Below, in pieces: positions 25,778-37,566 of a stretch of 64,000 nt of DNA (position 1 is its first letter; each line of letters opens with the position of its first letter). The stretch lies in IMG/VR virus record IMGVR_UViG_3300045988_163643, positions 96,001-160,000 of that record. One strand, 5' to 3'. A program made the translations under genes and the position numbers. This stretch comes from a virus. The notes below the pieces were generated by a model. That model saw nothing but the letters and a program-made list of their open reading frames with translations, made no database searches and was not told the DNA's origin.

Positions 25778-26862
25778 TTGAGAATCATTGGAGTTACGAC
25801 CTTTATTCTTCTCATGTTAAGAAAATGTTAGCAGGTGATGATTATTTTGTATGTAATCTACCTTATCAATTATCTGCCTATCATGGAATATTAACTAAAA
25901 AAAGAATACAAGATATTTTATCAGATGAGAATATGTCGGAAATATCATTTACAATGGAATTTGAAGCATTATTTTATTCTGATAAAGATACTAGTTATTT
26001 TAAATCAAGTGATATATTACCTTGTAGAACATTGGAATATGCATGGTATCCTCCAACACCAGAGGAATATTATAGAAATAAAAATAAAGAGAAAAAGAGT
26101 TATTATTTAAAGAGATTAAATGATAAAGAACTTAGAGTAATCAGTTGTGATATAGCTTTAATGAACAGTAAAAATGGGCATGACAATGATAATGCCGTAT
26201 TTACTTTTATAAGAAGTATTCCAAAGAATCAAAATTATATATCACAAGTTTTATGGCAACAGACTCACGAAGGATATAAAGCTAAGCAATTAGCATTAAA
26301 TATAAAAAGATTATATTTTGATACTCAAAGTGATTATATAGTACTAGATACTGCCGGTAGTGGTATATCTGTATTAGATGAGTTAGGTGAATACACAACT
26401 GATGTAGAAAGAGGAATAGTTTATCCTCCATTAAAAGCAATGAATGATGAAAAATATGAAGAACGTTGTGGTTATTCAGAAGCACAAAAATCTATATTTT
26501 GTGTTAATGGTAGTACAAAGTTTAACCATGAAATTGCAGTAACTCTTAAAACAGCATTCCAAAATAAAACCATTAGATTATTAAAAACACAATTTGAAGC
26601 AGATGATTTTATAGAGGGATATAATAAAATGTCTCCTAAAGAACAAGCTGATAAATTGATGCCTTATGTTCAAACTTCTTTAATGCAAGATGAAATAACT
26701 CAATTGGAATATGAAGTAAAAGATTCTTATATTAAACTTTATGAAACAACAGGTAAACGTAAAGATAGATATTCAAGTTTAGCTTATGGTAATTATTTTA
26801 TAAGAGAAAGAGAAAAAAAATTAAAGAAAAAGAAAAAAGGTGGATTAGCTAATCTATGGTAG
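25778..26862 (+). CDS. terL: terminase large subunit, exon 3 of 3 (nuclease half)
   Basis: junction gives SSAW-FENHWSYDLY; exons total 1,800 nt (599 aa); the ORF-track start 25825 is internal. Confidence 0.8.
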
Positions 26863-26899
26863 TCTTATTAAAATATTGAGAAAGAAAGGGATGATATAA

Positions 26900-28360
26900 G
26901 TGAGTGAAGAAAAAAAGCAAAAGAAGTTATTTGCCGAAACTTCTGTAGCTAACAATGCACAAAAATATACAACTAAACCAGTTAAATATAGTGCTAGTGA
27001 AATAATGGGATTCTTAGAAGACCCACAATCAAATGCACTTAACTTACAAAAAGCTAGTATTTGGTTGTATTATAATAGTGGTATCTATAATAGATTAATT
27101 AATAATTATGCTGGTATGAATATCTATGATTTATATTTGTATCCAACTACAATTAGTAAATTTTCTAAATCAAAAAGAAAAATAACTCCTGAAAAATTAT
27201 ATAAAGATTATTTAGATATAAGTAATTTATTAGAAAGAATTAGTTGGAAGTCTAATTATCGTAATATAGGAATTAATCTTATGATACAAGGAGAAGTTTT
27301 CTTATATGATGTATCTGATAATCAAGGTACTATATTAAAAGAGATACCAACAGAAATATGTAAAATATGCAAGGTTATAAATGATAATTTATATAAATAT
27401 GCAATTAATGTTAATAAATTAGGTACAGTTGATTATTATTCAATGATGCCTATAGGATTACAAAGATTATATGACCAACATAAGGCAGGTACATTACTAC
27501 CTGAACAATATTTAGGAACTGCTGGTTCTGGTTATGTAATAGTAGATGACCCTGAAGCAATATGTTTAAGTTTAAATAATATGACTTCAACAAAATCTGT
27601 TCCACCTTTATCTTATTTATTTCCTTCATTATTAAGATTAATGGAAGAAGAAGAAAATGAAGTTGTGGAAAATAAAGCTAATAACTTAAAAATGATACAT
27701 ATGCAATATGATGTAGATGATGAAGGTGAGTCAAAAATAGCAGAAGCAGACCTTATAAAAATGCATAATTCAGCTAAAGCTAATTTGCCAGTAGGAGTTT
27801 GTGTGAATACCAATCCTTTAAAAGTACAAGCGTTAACATTACAAAGAACTGGTAATGTAAATGCAAGTAATAGACAAACATTAACTGAATTAGTTTATAA
27901 TAATTCAGGTGTTAATAGTGAAATATTCAATGGTAATCAAAGTAATAACCAAGCTATTCTTACTGGAGTAACAGCAGATGAAATATATTGTGATACTTTA
28001 AATAATATATTTGAAAACTATACTAAATATAGAATAAAACAATTAAAAAGAAATCCTTTATGGATGGTTAGATTTGTAAGAAATACTCAATACAATAAAC
28101 AAATTTTAATAACTGAATCAATGCAAGGTTGTACCGTAGGATTATCAAGAATGAAATTTTTAGCTTGTAATCATTATGCACCATTAGAAGCATTATCATT
28201 ACTTGAATTTGAAACTGAAAATGGTATAGATGAATTTTTTGTACCTCTAGCTACTTCTTATACTCAAAGTGGAGATGAGGAAGATTTAGGTAGACCTAAA
28301 AATTCAGATAACCCTGATAATCAAAAAGATGTTGGTGAGAATCCTGATAGCACTAAATAA
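26900..28360 (+). CDS. portal protein
   Basis: 486-aa ORF immediately after terL; assigned by position and size. Confidence 0.6.
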   Translation: MSEEKKQKKLFAETSVANNAQKYTTKPVKYSASEIMGFLEDPQSNALNLQKASIWLYYNSGIYNRLINNYAGMNIYDLYLYPTTISKFSKSKRKITPEKLYKDYLDISNLLERISWKSNYRNIGINLMIQGEVFLYDVSDNQGTILKEIPTEICKICKVINDNLYKYAINVNKLGTVDYYSMMPIGLQRLYDQHKAGTLLPEQYLGTAGSGYVIVDDPEAICLSLNNMTSTKSVPPLSYLFPSLLRLMEEEENEVVENKANNLKMIHMQYDVDDEGESKIAEADLIKMHNSAKANLPVGVCVNTNPLKVQALTLQRTGNVNASNRQTLTELVYNNSGVNSEIFNGNQSNNQAILTGVTADEIYCDTLNNIFENYTKYRIKQLKRNPLWMVRFVRNTQYNKQILITESMQGCTVGLSRMKFLACNHYAPLEALSLLEFETENGIDEFFVPLATSYTQSGDEEDLGRPKNSDNPDNQKDVGENPDSTK

Positions 28361-28446
28361 TACTTCGTTTTTCGATATTTTATTAAAAATATCGTCTTAT
28401 AAATAATATGTAAGATTGACATTTTTCAAAGGAGAGTGTTGCTTTT

Positions 28447-28641
28447 ATGCTTGTTTATACGACTGATGAAAGTATAAAAGATAAATTGTTAGATAATAAA
28501 CAAGTCTTAAGAAAACAAAAAGAAGTTAATGGAGAAATGATTTATGTATTCTTTATTAATGATATGAGTTTATTAAATAGAAAATTTAGTAAAGAAGAAA
28601 ATAGTAAAATAATATTAGTAAATAACAAATTTACCTTCTAA
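28447..28641 (+). CDS. hypothetical protein (64 aa)
   Basis: ORF track; GGAGAG SD. Confidence 0.4.
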   Translation: MLVYTTDESIKDKLLDNKQVLRKQKEVNGEMIYVFFINDMSLLNRKFSKEENSKIILVNNKFTF

Positions 28642-28660
28642 TTTGAAAGGAGGTGTAATT

Positions 28661-29216
28661 ATGGATAACAAGCTTAGACTACCTATTAAAAGATTTGAAA
28701 GTACAGATGAAGTTTTAGCTAATACAAATTTTAAAAAAGTTAAAATATACATTATGCATACAGGTGAAAATCTTAATCATTCTGTATTTTCATTAGATAG
28801 TATAAATGATTCAATAGATACACTTGCAAACATTCCAATATTGGCATTTGTTGAAAAAACTGATGGACAAGATAATAAAGATTTTGCAGGACATGAAACT
28901 GATTTAGATATATTCACAGATAAAGATGGAACAATTAAAGTAAGAGAATATTATAAAGAAGTACCTATTGGAGTAATACCTGAAAGTAATGAATATTTCT
29001 TTGAAGAAAAAGATGGAGAAACATACTTAGGGTGTTATGGTTACATATGGAAATGTTATTCTAATGATGCTTATGACATATTAGAAGAAGACCAAGAAAA
29101 AGAAGTTTCTATGGAAATTTATATAAATAATTGTTCTTATGATAGAAAACAAAGATGTAATATTAATAAATTTGAATTTCTTGGAGTAACAGTTTTAGGT
29201 GCAAAATATCCAGGAG
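28661..29216 (+). CDS. prohead scaffold/protease-like protein, exon 1 of 2
   Basis: ATG 28661 after GAAAGGAGGTG; lies between portal and capsid; the ORF-track tail 29217-29236 is intron read-through. Confidence 0.5.
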
Positions 29217-29623
29217 TAATTAGCTCCCTATATTAAGTGATTAGTATAGAAAATTCTCTGAATTGCTTGTAATCCCTAAAGTCAACTAAACTACAACGTG
29301 ATTGGAAACGATGAGCGTGAACGTGGCGAAAGCAGAAAAAATTAGTTGAATGGTATATGGTTAAACCCTAAGTACCATTGCAATGGGTGTCTAGCAGGTA
29401 AGATTCTAAGTTACTATATAAGTAATATGAATAAACTTCAACGACTATTGAAATAATTGTAAGAACCTTATTACAATTAAAGTAAAGTACTCTTAAGTAA
29501 GAGGAAGTAGAGAATGTCTTATTTAGTTAATGTAAGATAATGATATAGTCTCAACGTTTAGCGAAAGCTAAAGAAGTTCATAAGAGAACTGCGTAAGAAT
29601 AACGAACTTATGTGAAGATATTG
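29217..29623 (+). mobile_element. group I intron, family 1, ORF-less (407 nt)
   Basis: P1 GGAG(T)/(G)CTCC; family-1 core blocks; helix TCAACTA/TAGTTGA; 3' 80 nt almost identical to the intron at 46579-46914; removal restores the frame (1,770 nt). Confidence 0.8.
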
Positions 29624-30837
29624 CTATGGGGGAAGATTGTATACTTAGTATGAATTTTTCCAAAGAAGATGGTGAATATAAAGAATATTTATCTTCTGTT
29701 GAAAAATTAAATAAATTATTAAAATGTCAAAGAGAGGAGGGATTAAGTGTGGATGTAAATAAAGAAACTTCTACTGTTGAAAACAAAGAAGAATTTGCTG
29801 AAGAAAATAAAGACGAAGAAGTTTGTCCTACTTGTGGAAAAAATCCTTGCGAATGCAAAAAAGAAAATCATGCAGTTAATGATGATGAAGAAGATAAAGC
29901 AGATGACAAAGTAGATGATGATGAAGAAGATAAAGACAAGGATAAAGAAGATGAATCTTGCAAAAAGAAAAATCATGCAACTGAAGATAAAGCAGATGAT
30001 GATAAAAAAGAAGATAAAGAAGATGATGAATCTGACGATGACAAAGATAAAGAAGAAGATGATGATGATAAGTCAGATGAAGATGACAAAGATAAAGAAG
30101 ATGAATCTTGCAAAAAGAAAAATCATACAGTAGAAGATGACAAAGCAGACTTTGGACTTTCTTTAAATAATACATTTAAAGCCATAAGAAAGCAATTAGA
30201 ATCTTACACTTACGAATATGTGAGCTATTGGGGTGACACTTATACTTGGAGAAAATATTATGTAGTAGAATTAATCCCTGAAGATTCAGTTGTTGTTATA
30301 GAAGATGAAGAAGAAAATGAATTCTATGGAATAACTTATTCTATAAATAATGATGATGTTGCTTTAGATTTGGATAATAAAGTATTATATATTCAAGAAT
30401 GGAGAGCCAAAGAAACCAGTTCTGCTAGATTTGAAAATACTGATAAAAAAGAAAAATATACTACTAAAGATGAAGTATATCAAGCAGTTGGAAAAGAATT
30501 AAAAGAACTTAGACAATTTAAAGCTGATATAGAAGCTCAAGAAGAAAAAGCTCAATTCGATGAAAAAGTTAATACTATTTTATCACAATTTGAATTTAGT
30601 GAAGAAGAAACTTCTGATTTAGTAGAAAAAGTTTATAACAAATCAATTAATTTAGATATGTTTGAAACTTGCTTATTTGCTTTAGAAGCTAAAAAGAATA
30701 GAGCTGAAAAAGAAAAATTTGCTAAAATAGAAAAAGAAAACAGTTTAAATATAGTTGATTCTAAAAAAGAAGAACCAGCAAAACCAAAATCAAGATTTGA
30801 TTATCTATTAAAAGAATTTGGAAACAAAAATAAATAA
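29624..30837 (+). CDS. prohead scaffold/protease-like protein, exon 2 of 2
   Basis: acidic repeats carrying three ESCKKKNH motifs, then a coiled-coil C-terminus. Confidence 0.5.
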
Positions 30838-30855
30838 TAAAAGGAGCATGAAAAA

Positions 30856-31381
30856 CATGGATGTAAAAAATATAGTTAGATTAGACATAATCGAAGGTAA
30901 ACCAAGAACTTTCGTTTATGACAAAAACTTAGAAAATGGATTTTTCCTAGAAATAGATGGAAAAGCTGAAAATGCTGTACTAGGAGTTCAAGCTGATTAC
31001 GAAGCTTATAAAGTTAAATTAGCTACTGCTGATACTAAAAGAGCTAATTTATTATTCCATTGCAGTGTTGCAAACCAATATGATGAAAGAAAATTACCTT
31101 GTGAATTTGAATTAGAAGCAGGTAGACCAGGAAGAGGATATCAACCAGTTTTAGGTGATATAGTTACAATACCAGCAAAATTAGTTGCTGACGAAGTAGT
31201 TGAAAAAGACGAATTAAAATTAGGAGCAGATGGTAAATTAGCTAAAGCTACTACTGGTGACACTGTATTAGCTGTTGTTGAAGCTAAAGAAGACATAGTA
31301 ATACCTATGTATAAATATGAATTTGGAAAACAAGGTGTAGACGATACAGTACAAAAATCATTAGTAATAAGATTTGTATAA
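30856..31381 (+). CDS. capsid-module protein, possible decoration protein
   Basis: between scaffold and major capsid genes; ATG 30856 chosen on SD spacing. Confidence 0.35.
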
Positions 31382-31426
31382 AATATAAAATAAATAAAAT
31401 ATAAGATAAAAAGGAGAATGAGACGA

Positions 31427-32434
31427 ATGTCAGAATTAAATATAACTGATGTAAGAGATATGGCTTACAGTCTATATAAAGGTAAAACTGCTAATTTCGA
31501 TGCAGAATCTGCAAATGAAGCTATAAAAAATATAATACTTAAAACAGCTGGATGTGAAGATGGTTGGGATATGTATAAATTCATGGATAACAAATACAAA
31601 GTATTTGCTATAATGAGAGAAATATTAACTCCAGTTGTAGCTGAAAATGTTTTAGCTAGATTTGAATCTTGGGTAGACATAGAAGATATAGCTTTAGGTG
31701 ACACTAAAGACTTTGAAGTTATGAACCAAGAATTATTTGAAATAGGATATGTAGCTGATGGTACTTCTGAATTAAGAAGACAAAACTTAACTCATGGTAA
31801 AATTACTATGACTGGTTTCCAATTAGGTGCTAAATTATATACTGAATTTGACGATTTTAGAAGAGGTAGAACTGATTTTGCTGAATGGATAAGCAGATTA
31901 GGAAAATCTTTTGAAGTTAAAATAGGTGAATATATAGTTAGAGGTATAGAAGATGCTTACACTAGCTTAGGTGCTAAATTTGGTGTAACTGGTGCATACC
32001 AAGATGAAAAAATGGTTGAATTAATAGAAAGAGTTGAAGCTAAAACTGGACAAAAAGCTACTATATACGGAACTAAATCTGCTTTAGCTAAATTAAGAAC
32101 TGGTGCAGATGGAGCATTCCAAGCTTACTTATCAGATAGTGACAAAGAAAACATAAGTAGAACTGGTAGAGTTGGAGATTACTATGGAACTCCTGTTGTT
32201 GAAATACCTCAATCAGTTAACAGAAAAGACGAATTTATGTTAAATAATAAAATGCTTTATGTAATACCTAATGGAACTAAAATAATAAAATTATTATTTG
32301 AAGGCGATGTAGATGTTATAGAAGTATCTGACCCAGCAGTAAGAAAAGATATGCAATTTGAATATATGTTCATGAGAAGAATACAATTAGGTGTTTGTAA
32401 AGCTTCTGTTTATGGAATATACAAAATGAACTAA
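31427..32434 (+). CDS. major capsid protein
   Basis: approximately 335-aa ORF after the scaffold gene with a strong SD; assigned by position. Confidence 0.6.
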   Translation: MSELNITDVRDMAYSLYKGKTANFDAESANEAIKNIILKTAGCEDGWDMYKFMDNKYKVFAIMREILTPVVAENVLARFESWVDIEDIALGDTKDFEVMNQELFEIGYVADGTSELRRQNLTHGKITMTGFQLGAKLYTEFDDFRRGRTDFAEWISRLGKSFEVKIGEYIVRGIEDAYTSLGAKFGVTGAYQDEKMVELIERVEAKTGQKATIYGTKSALAKLRTGADGAFQAYLSDSDKENISRTGRVGDYYGTPVVEIPQSVNRKDEFMLNNKMLYVIPNGTKIIKLLFEGDVDVIEVSDPAVRKDMQFEYMFMRRIQLGVCKASVYGIYKMN

Positions 32435-32499
32435 TTTACAAATAGTAAAAAAGGGAGGATATAATTCTCCCTCGTATAATTATTTAAAGGAGAGATAAT

Positions 32500-33090
32500 A
32501 TGCGTGAAAGAAAAAAAGATAGATTAGATAAAAAAACAATCAGTGAAATGAAAAGAGATTTAAAGGATGCAGATATAACAATTAAAAATAATTCTATATT
32601 TGAAGTTGTTCTTAGAAGTGATAAAAATGGTGGAAGCTATATATCTTTAAAACCAACCGAAGAAGAAGATATAACTTTTAGTGATTTACAAAGTATAGTA
32701 AAAAAACAAAAAAGCTTATTTGAAGATTTTTCAGTTTTAATAGAAGATGTATATTGTCCAGATAATGATAATATTGGTATAGAAGAATTAGAACAAATAG
32801 TAGGATTAGGAAGAATTAAAAAAGGCATGGAAGAAATCCCTGATGAAGAGTATTTTGATGATTTACTTTCAGCAGACTGTAGTACAGATGAGTTTTTCTA
32901 TGAAGTGGATAAAATGAAGATTCAAGTAATTAATAGATTAATTGAAAGAGCTATTTATTTATATAAAGAAAAAGAATTTTCTAATAACTTTAAAATGTCT
33001 TATTTAGAGAAAAAACTTGGTGTACAAAATGTTTTTGATGATGTGGATAGAAGTATGAAGAAGATACAATCAGATGTAGATAGATTATAA
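32500..33090 (+). CDS. hypothetical head-module protein (196 aa)
   Basis: ORF track; AAGGAGAG SD. Confidence 0.45.
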   Translation: MRERKKDRLDKKTISEMKRDLKDADITIKNNSIFEVVLRSDKNGGSYISLKPTEEEDITFSDLQSIVKKQKSLFEDFSVLIEDVYCPDNDNIGIEELEQIVGLGRIKKGMEEIPDEEYFDDLLSADCSTDEFFYEVDKMKIQVINRLIERAIYLYKEKEFSNNFKMSYLEKKLGVQNVFDDVDRSMKKIQSDVDRL

Positions 33091-33106
33091 GAAGGAGGTG
33101 TTCATA

Positions 33107-33565
33107 ATGACACCTGTTTCAAACATATATGCAAGAATATCAGTTCTTATTGAGGATTCGAGATATTGCAAAATATCTGATGAAGAAATTGAGTTTATAT
33201 TTGAAAAATATATAGAAACTGCAATTGTTCTTTTTAAAGAGTTAAATAAAAAATATAAACCTAGAGTAGTAGAAGATGAATTTGGTGAAAAATTTATTAA
33301 GAAAACTATAAATTCTGATGATGAAGATTTAGACTTAGAAGAAGAAGTTATATTAGCTCATGGTATGATAATATCATGGCACAATAGTGTAGTTCTTAGA
33401 GATAGATTCTTAAAACAAAACCTTAATACAAGCGATTTCCAACAATTGTCTAATGCTACAATGTTAGCTAATAATGAAGTTTTACATGAAAGAATTCAAA
33501 AAGATTTCATTAAAATGAGGATAAGATACAGAAATAGAGATTGGTCAGGTGATGGATTTGAATAA
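33107..33565 (+). CDS. putative head-tail connector protein
   Basis: ATG 33107 after GAAGGAGGTG; assigned by position. Confidence 0.4.
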   Translation: MTPVSNIYARISVLIEDSRYCKISDEEIEFIFEKYIETAIVLFKELNKKYKPRVVEDEFGEKFIKKTINSDDEDLDLEEEVILAHGMIISWHNSVVLRDRFLKQNLNTSDFQQLSNATMLANNEVLHERIQKDFIKMRIRYRNRDWSGDGFE

Positions 33566-34529
33566 TAAAGATTACCTTCAAATATTTAGAAGAAGAATGT
33601 ATACTAATAGAGTTTGTAATCCATCAGAAGCAGGAACACTGGAAGCTAGAGAAACCTTCAATGATTTAATAGATAATAAACTTGCACCAACTGTACATAC
33701 AGTTCCTTATGTAAAAAGAGATAATGTTGGAAAAAGTACTAAAGATTATGAGATTAATGTTTTAGTTGAAGATACTTCTAAGAATGACCAAAAAACAAAT
33801 GATGAAAAATACTTTAGTTTTAAATGGGAAATGGATGTTAATAGTGGAGATATATTATTTTGGCATGGATTATGGTGGGTAATGTATCATGAAGAAAAGA
33901 AAGCAGTATTATCACATAAAACTTTTACAGCTAAAAAATGTAACTTTTCATATTCATTTGATTTTCATGGAAAAAGATATGTCATACCAATGTTAGTAAC
34001 AAACTTAACATTATATAGTGATGGTTTAAAAGACAAAGTCTATATGTCTAATGAAGACGGTAAGAGAAGATTAACTTTTACCGATAATGAATTAACAAAA
34101 TCAATTGATTGTGGTCTTAAAATAATGGTTAGTGGTAAAGTCTTTGAAATTACTCATATAGATGATTTCAGTAGACCAGGTGTAAAAGATTGTATTATCG
34201 GACAAATTTTTTCAACATCACTGGATGATAAAAAGAATAATCATGCCTATAATAAGGTAAATGATGAAATTGATGAAAGTGGAATTATAGGTCTTGATTA
34301 TATATATTTAGGTGGTAATGAAGTTTATACAACAAATGAAGAAGTTATCAGATGGGAAGTAGAAGCAAAAGATAACTGTGTTTACATAGATACTAAATAT
34401 GGTGGCAAAGGTTGTAGGATAATTTGTACGGATGATATTGATTATATAGGCACTAAAGTTAAATTAAAAATAATAAGAAGAAATCAAGAAGATATAATTA
34501 AAGAAATTTTAGTGAAGGGGATGTTTTAG
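33549..34529 (+). CDS. hypothetical structural protein (326 aa)
   Basis: ORF track; overlaps the upstream gene. Confidence 0.45.
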   Translation: MMDLNNKDYLQIFRRRMYTNRVCNPSEAGTLEARETFNDLIDNKLAPTVHTVPYVKRDNVGKSTKDYEINVLVEDTSKNDQKTNDEKYFSFKWEMDVNSGDILFWHGLWWVMYHEEKKAVLSHKTFTAKKCNFSYSFDFHGKRYVIPMLVTNLTLYSDGLKDKVYMSNEDGKRRLTFTDNELTKSIDCGLKIMVSGKVFEITHIDDFSRPGVKDCIIGQIFSTSLDDKKNNHAYNKVNDEIDESGIIGLDYIYLGGNEVYTTNEEVIRWEVEAKDNCVYIDTKYGGKGCRIICTDDIDYIGTKVKLKIIRRNQEDIIKEILVKGMF

Positions 34530-34532
34530 AAT

Positions 34533-35033
34533 ATGGCATTATATGGTTATACGAATAAAGTGTTAGCTGAGATTTATGCACATTTAATGAAACACCCAGA
34601 GCTAACAAAATTCTTATATTATACTGATAATGAATATAAAGAAAAAGATATACTAGAACAAGAAAAACCAACAGTTAGTAATATAGCAAATAAAAAAATA
34701 TTCATGTATAAAAGAGTAGAAGAAACAGTTAAAGATGCTGGTGCTTATATGTTTATAGATGTATATAGAATTACTCCTACAAAAATTGGGGGTAAGATTA
34801 GAGAAGTAACTTTTACAGTAGATATATTAGTTCATCAAGATTGTGTTGATACAATGAATGGTAATAGAGCAGTCTGTATATTATGTGCCCTAGAAGAATC
34901 GTTAGGTGAATATGTAAAAAAACATTCCATTGGTTCTATTGATTTAATTAGGGTTGCACCTATATTAGGTATAATTAAAGAATTTATTGGATATCAAATG
35001 CAATTCAAAGCATATGGATTCAATGGAGATTAA
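34533..35033 (+). CDS. putative head-tail joining protein (166 aa)
   Basis: ORF track; assigned by position. Confidence 0.4.
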   Translation: MALYGYTNKVLAEIYAHLMKHPELTKFLYYTDNEYKEKDILEQEKPTVSNIANKKIFMYKRVEETVKDAGAYMFIDVYRITPTKIGGKIREVTFTVDILVHQDCVDTMNGNRAVCILCALEESLGEYVKKHSIGSIDLIRVAPILGIIKEFIGYQMQFKAYGFNGD

Positions 35034-35036
35034 TAT

Positions 35037-35861
35037 ATGAAAAAAGTAAAAGAAGAAAAATTATATTTTGGTATACCTATAAAGTTTAACAATGAAGTTA
35101 CTTTATATCAACCAACTTTAAAAGATATAATTTATAGTGATTTATCTTTTGAAGCTCTAGTAGAACCATTTATGTCTTTAGATAAAAGAAATTTTGAATC
35201 AGAAGAAGAAAATAATGAATTAAATAATTTTGATATGTTTTTTATTCAAATATTCACTTCTTATTTATCTGTGCTTAAAAATGGTGAAAATATCACTTTG
35301 CAAGAATGGTTAGATTCAGAAATCTCTAAAGGCTTAGTAATTAATAGGCTTGTAAAAGTTATTAAATTTTTGTTCAAGACTGATGATGTTCAAGTTTCAA
35401 TATGTGAAAATATCATTGATAAATTGGATGATAATTATATTTTAATCAATAAGTCTTATAAAATAAATAGAAACAACTATGAGGACTTTAAATGGATAAT
35501 CTGTGATATCTTTGATACAGATATGAAAGTAGAAAAAAAACGTCCTCAAACTGAAGAAGAAGATGAACTTGCTAAAAGATTCGCTAAGAAGAAAGCAAGT
35601 TATGAGAAACAATATGGTAGAGAAGCTAGAGAAGGTAGAAATAAAGACCATTTAACAATTTATACTCTAGTTAACTACATAGTAAATAATAAAAATTCTC
35701 AATACACTTATGAAAGTATACAAGATTTAACAATATATCAAATTAAAAATACTTTCAAATATTATCAAAATCAAGAAAGTTATGATATAGATATCAGATA
35801 TAGAACTAGTGGTAATTTTAAAATAGATAAAAAAAGTGAACATTGGTTCTTTGATAAATAA
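35037..35861 (+). CDS. hypothetical structural protein (274 aa)
   Basis: ORF track. Confidence 0.45.
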   Translation: MKKVKEEKLYFGIPIKFNNEVTLYQPTLKDIIYSDLSFEALVEPFMSLDKRNFESEEENNELNNFDMFFIQIFTSYLSVLKNGENITLQEWLDSEISKGLVINRLVKVIKFLFKTDDVQVSICENIIDKLDDNYILINKSYKINRNNYEDFKWIICDIFDTDMKVEKKRPQTEEEDELAKRFAKKKASYEKQYGREAREGRNKDHLTIYTLVNYIVNNKNSQYTYESIQDLTIYQIKNTFKYYQNQESYDIDIRYRTSGNFKIDKKSEHWFFDK

Positions 35862-35907
35862 AATATAAAATAATAATATAAAATAATAAAAAGAAAGGTG
35901 ATTATAA

Positions 35908-36052
35908 ATGGCTACACTTTTTGCTATAAAAGATGCTATAGATTTAAAAATAACTAAAAAAGGTGAACAAACAGTTTTCACTACAATAGACTACTTAAAT
36001 GACTGTCAAATAGAAATGGACTCAGAACAAGTATATGCACTTAAAAAAGGAG
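35908..36052 (+). CDS. major tail protein, exon 1 of 3
   Basis: ATG 35908 after AAGAAAGGTGA; not in the ORF track because an intron truncates it; MATLFAIKDAIDLKITKKGEQTVF... Confidence 0.6.
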
Positions 36053-36254
36053 TAATTTGCTCCCTATGTAAGTAAATTGCATAGCAAATCCTTTTAATTG
36101 CTGGAAACTCCTAAAGCTCAATTCACTACAACGTAAGGTTAAATCCTAAGCGTGAATGTTACGAAAGTAGAAAAAAGTAATTGAGATTACCCAAGGTTAA
36201 ATCCTAAAGGTGAATAAATGGACAATCAGCAGGTAAGATTTATATTTATTTTAC

Positions 36255-36283
36255 TTTACTTTTAATAATTAAATTTGTATAAT
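36255..36283 (+). promoter_or_regulatory. phage-consensus promoter inside the intron
   Basis: TTTACT 36255-36260, 17-nt spacer, TATAAT 36278-36283. Confidence 0.5.
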
Positions 36284-36307
36284 TTAAGTAAATGGAGGTG
36301 AAATTGA

Positions 36308-37249
36308 ATGGCTCAATATAATAAGAAATGGACTAAAGAAAGTATGATTAAATACATCGAAGATAATGGGTATAAATTTATTAGATTTGCTGAAGATTTT
36401 AGAGGATGCGAAACAAGAATCATTATATGGTGTAAAAATTCAAATCACAAACCTTATGAAGTTAGATTTCAACATTTTAAAAATAATAGACGATGTAAAC
36501 AATGTAGAAAAGAAGAAAAGGTAAAATGGACTAAAGAAAATATAATTAAACATGTTGAAAATAATGGATATAAATTTATTAATTTTATTGAATTTGATTA
36601 TTCTAAATCAATAATTGAAATTTGGTGTGGAAATCCTAATCACAAACATAAAATTTCTACATTTAACGATTTTCATCAAAATGGAAGATGTAGAGAATGT
36701 TCTAATGAAAATAAAATTGTATGGACTGAAGAATCTATAATAGACTATATAAAGAAAAATAATTATGAGTTTATAGAATTTATAAATTATAAAGGATATT
36801 TAAGCAGAATAAAAATAAGATGTAATAAACATAATTCTTATGAAGTTGATTTTGGAAATTTTAAAAATGGATTTAGATGCCCATATTGTAATATGGAAAA
36901 CATTGAATCAAAAGGTGAAAAAGAAGTTGAAAGAATATTAAATAAATTTCATATAGATTATAAAAAACAATATTCTTTTGAAGATTGTAAATATAAAAAA
37001 TATTTGCCATTTGATTTTTATTTACCTCAATATAATACATTGATTGAATATGATGGAGAATATCATTTTCAAATAATAGAACATTTTGGTGGATTTAATA
37101 AATTTGTTAACACAAAAATAAGAGATACTATTAAGAATATTTATTGTAAGAATAATAATATAAAACTTATAAGAATTCCTTATTGGGAATTTAATAATAT
37201 AGAAAATATATTAAACAAAGAGTTAAAAGTAAAAAATAAATATGAATAA
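36308..37249 (+). CDS. intron-encoded homing endonuclease: 3 zinc-ribbon repeats plus a Vsr/DUF559-like nuclease domain
   Basis: three WT(K/E)E..I..Y(I/V)E..GY(K/E)FI...C....H......F..G.RC..C units; LPFDFYLPQYNTLIEYDGEYHF...IKLIRIPYWE. Confidence 0.7.
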   Translation: MAQYNKKWTKESMIKYIEDNGYKFIRFAEDFRGCETRIIIWCKNSNHKPYEVRFQHFKNNRRCKQCRKEEKVKWTKENIIKHVENNGYKFINFIEFDYSKSIIEIWCGNPNHKHKISTFNDFHQNGRCRECSNENKIVWTEESIIDYIKKNNYEFIEFINYKGYLSRIKIRCNKHNSYEVDFGNFKNGFRCPYCNMENIESKGEKEVERILNKFHIDYKKQYSFEDCKYKKYLPFDFYLPQYNTLIEYDGEYHFQIIEHFGGFNKFVNTKIRDTIKNIYCKNNNIKLIRIPYWEFNNIENILNKELKVKNKYE

Positions 37250-37418
37250 ACTTCAACGACTATTCCGTAAGGAAGTAAAGTCACAAGCTATCGGTGGAAG
37301 AAATGGAGGATACCTAGAAATAGGTAGTGATATAGTCTGTTCTCATGTGAAAGCATGAGCAGTTTATATTGAATGAGTATAAACGATGTATGTGTAGCGA
37401 ACATATATGAACACAAAG

Positions 37419-37566
37419 ATAACTATATATCATTCTCAAGTGGTAGAACAGGAACATTGACAATGAATTGTCAAGTAATGGACGATGACTTCTTATGTAT
37501 GATGCTTGGTGCTACTAAAGGTACAGATGGTAAAATATCTGTAACATCTTCAGTTCCAAATCAAAG
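37419..37566 (+). CDS. major tail protein, exon 2 of 3 (148 nt)
   Basis: in frame after intron removal; the ATG 37373 of the ORF track lies inside the intron. Confidence 0.6.

Larger units (their letters stand above)
36053..37418 (+). mobile_element. group I intron, family 1, carrying a homing endonuclease (1,366 nt)
   Basis: P1 GGAG(T)/(G)CTCC; core blocks; helix CTCAATT/AATTGAG; ORF inserted after CAGCAGGTAAGATT. Confidence 0.8.
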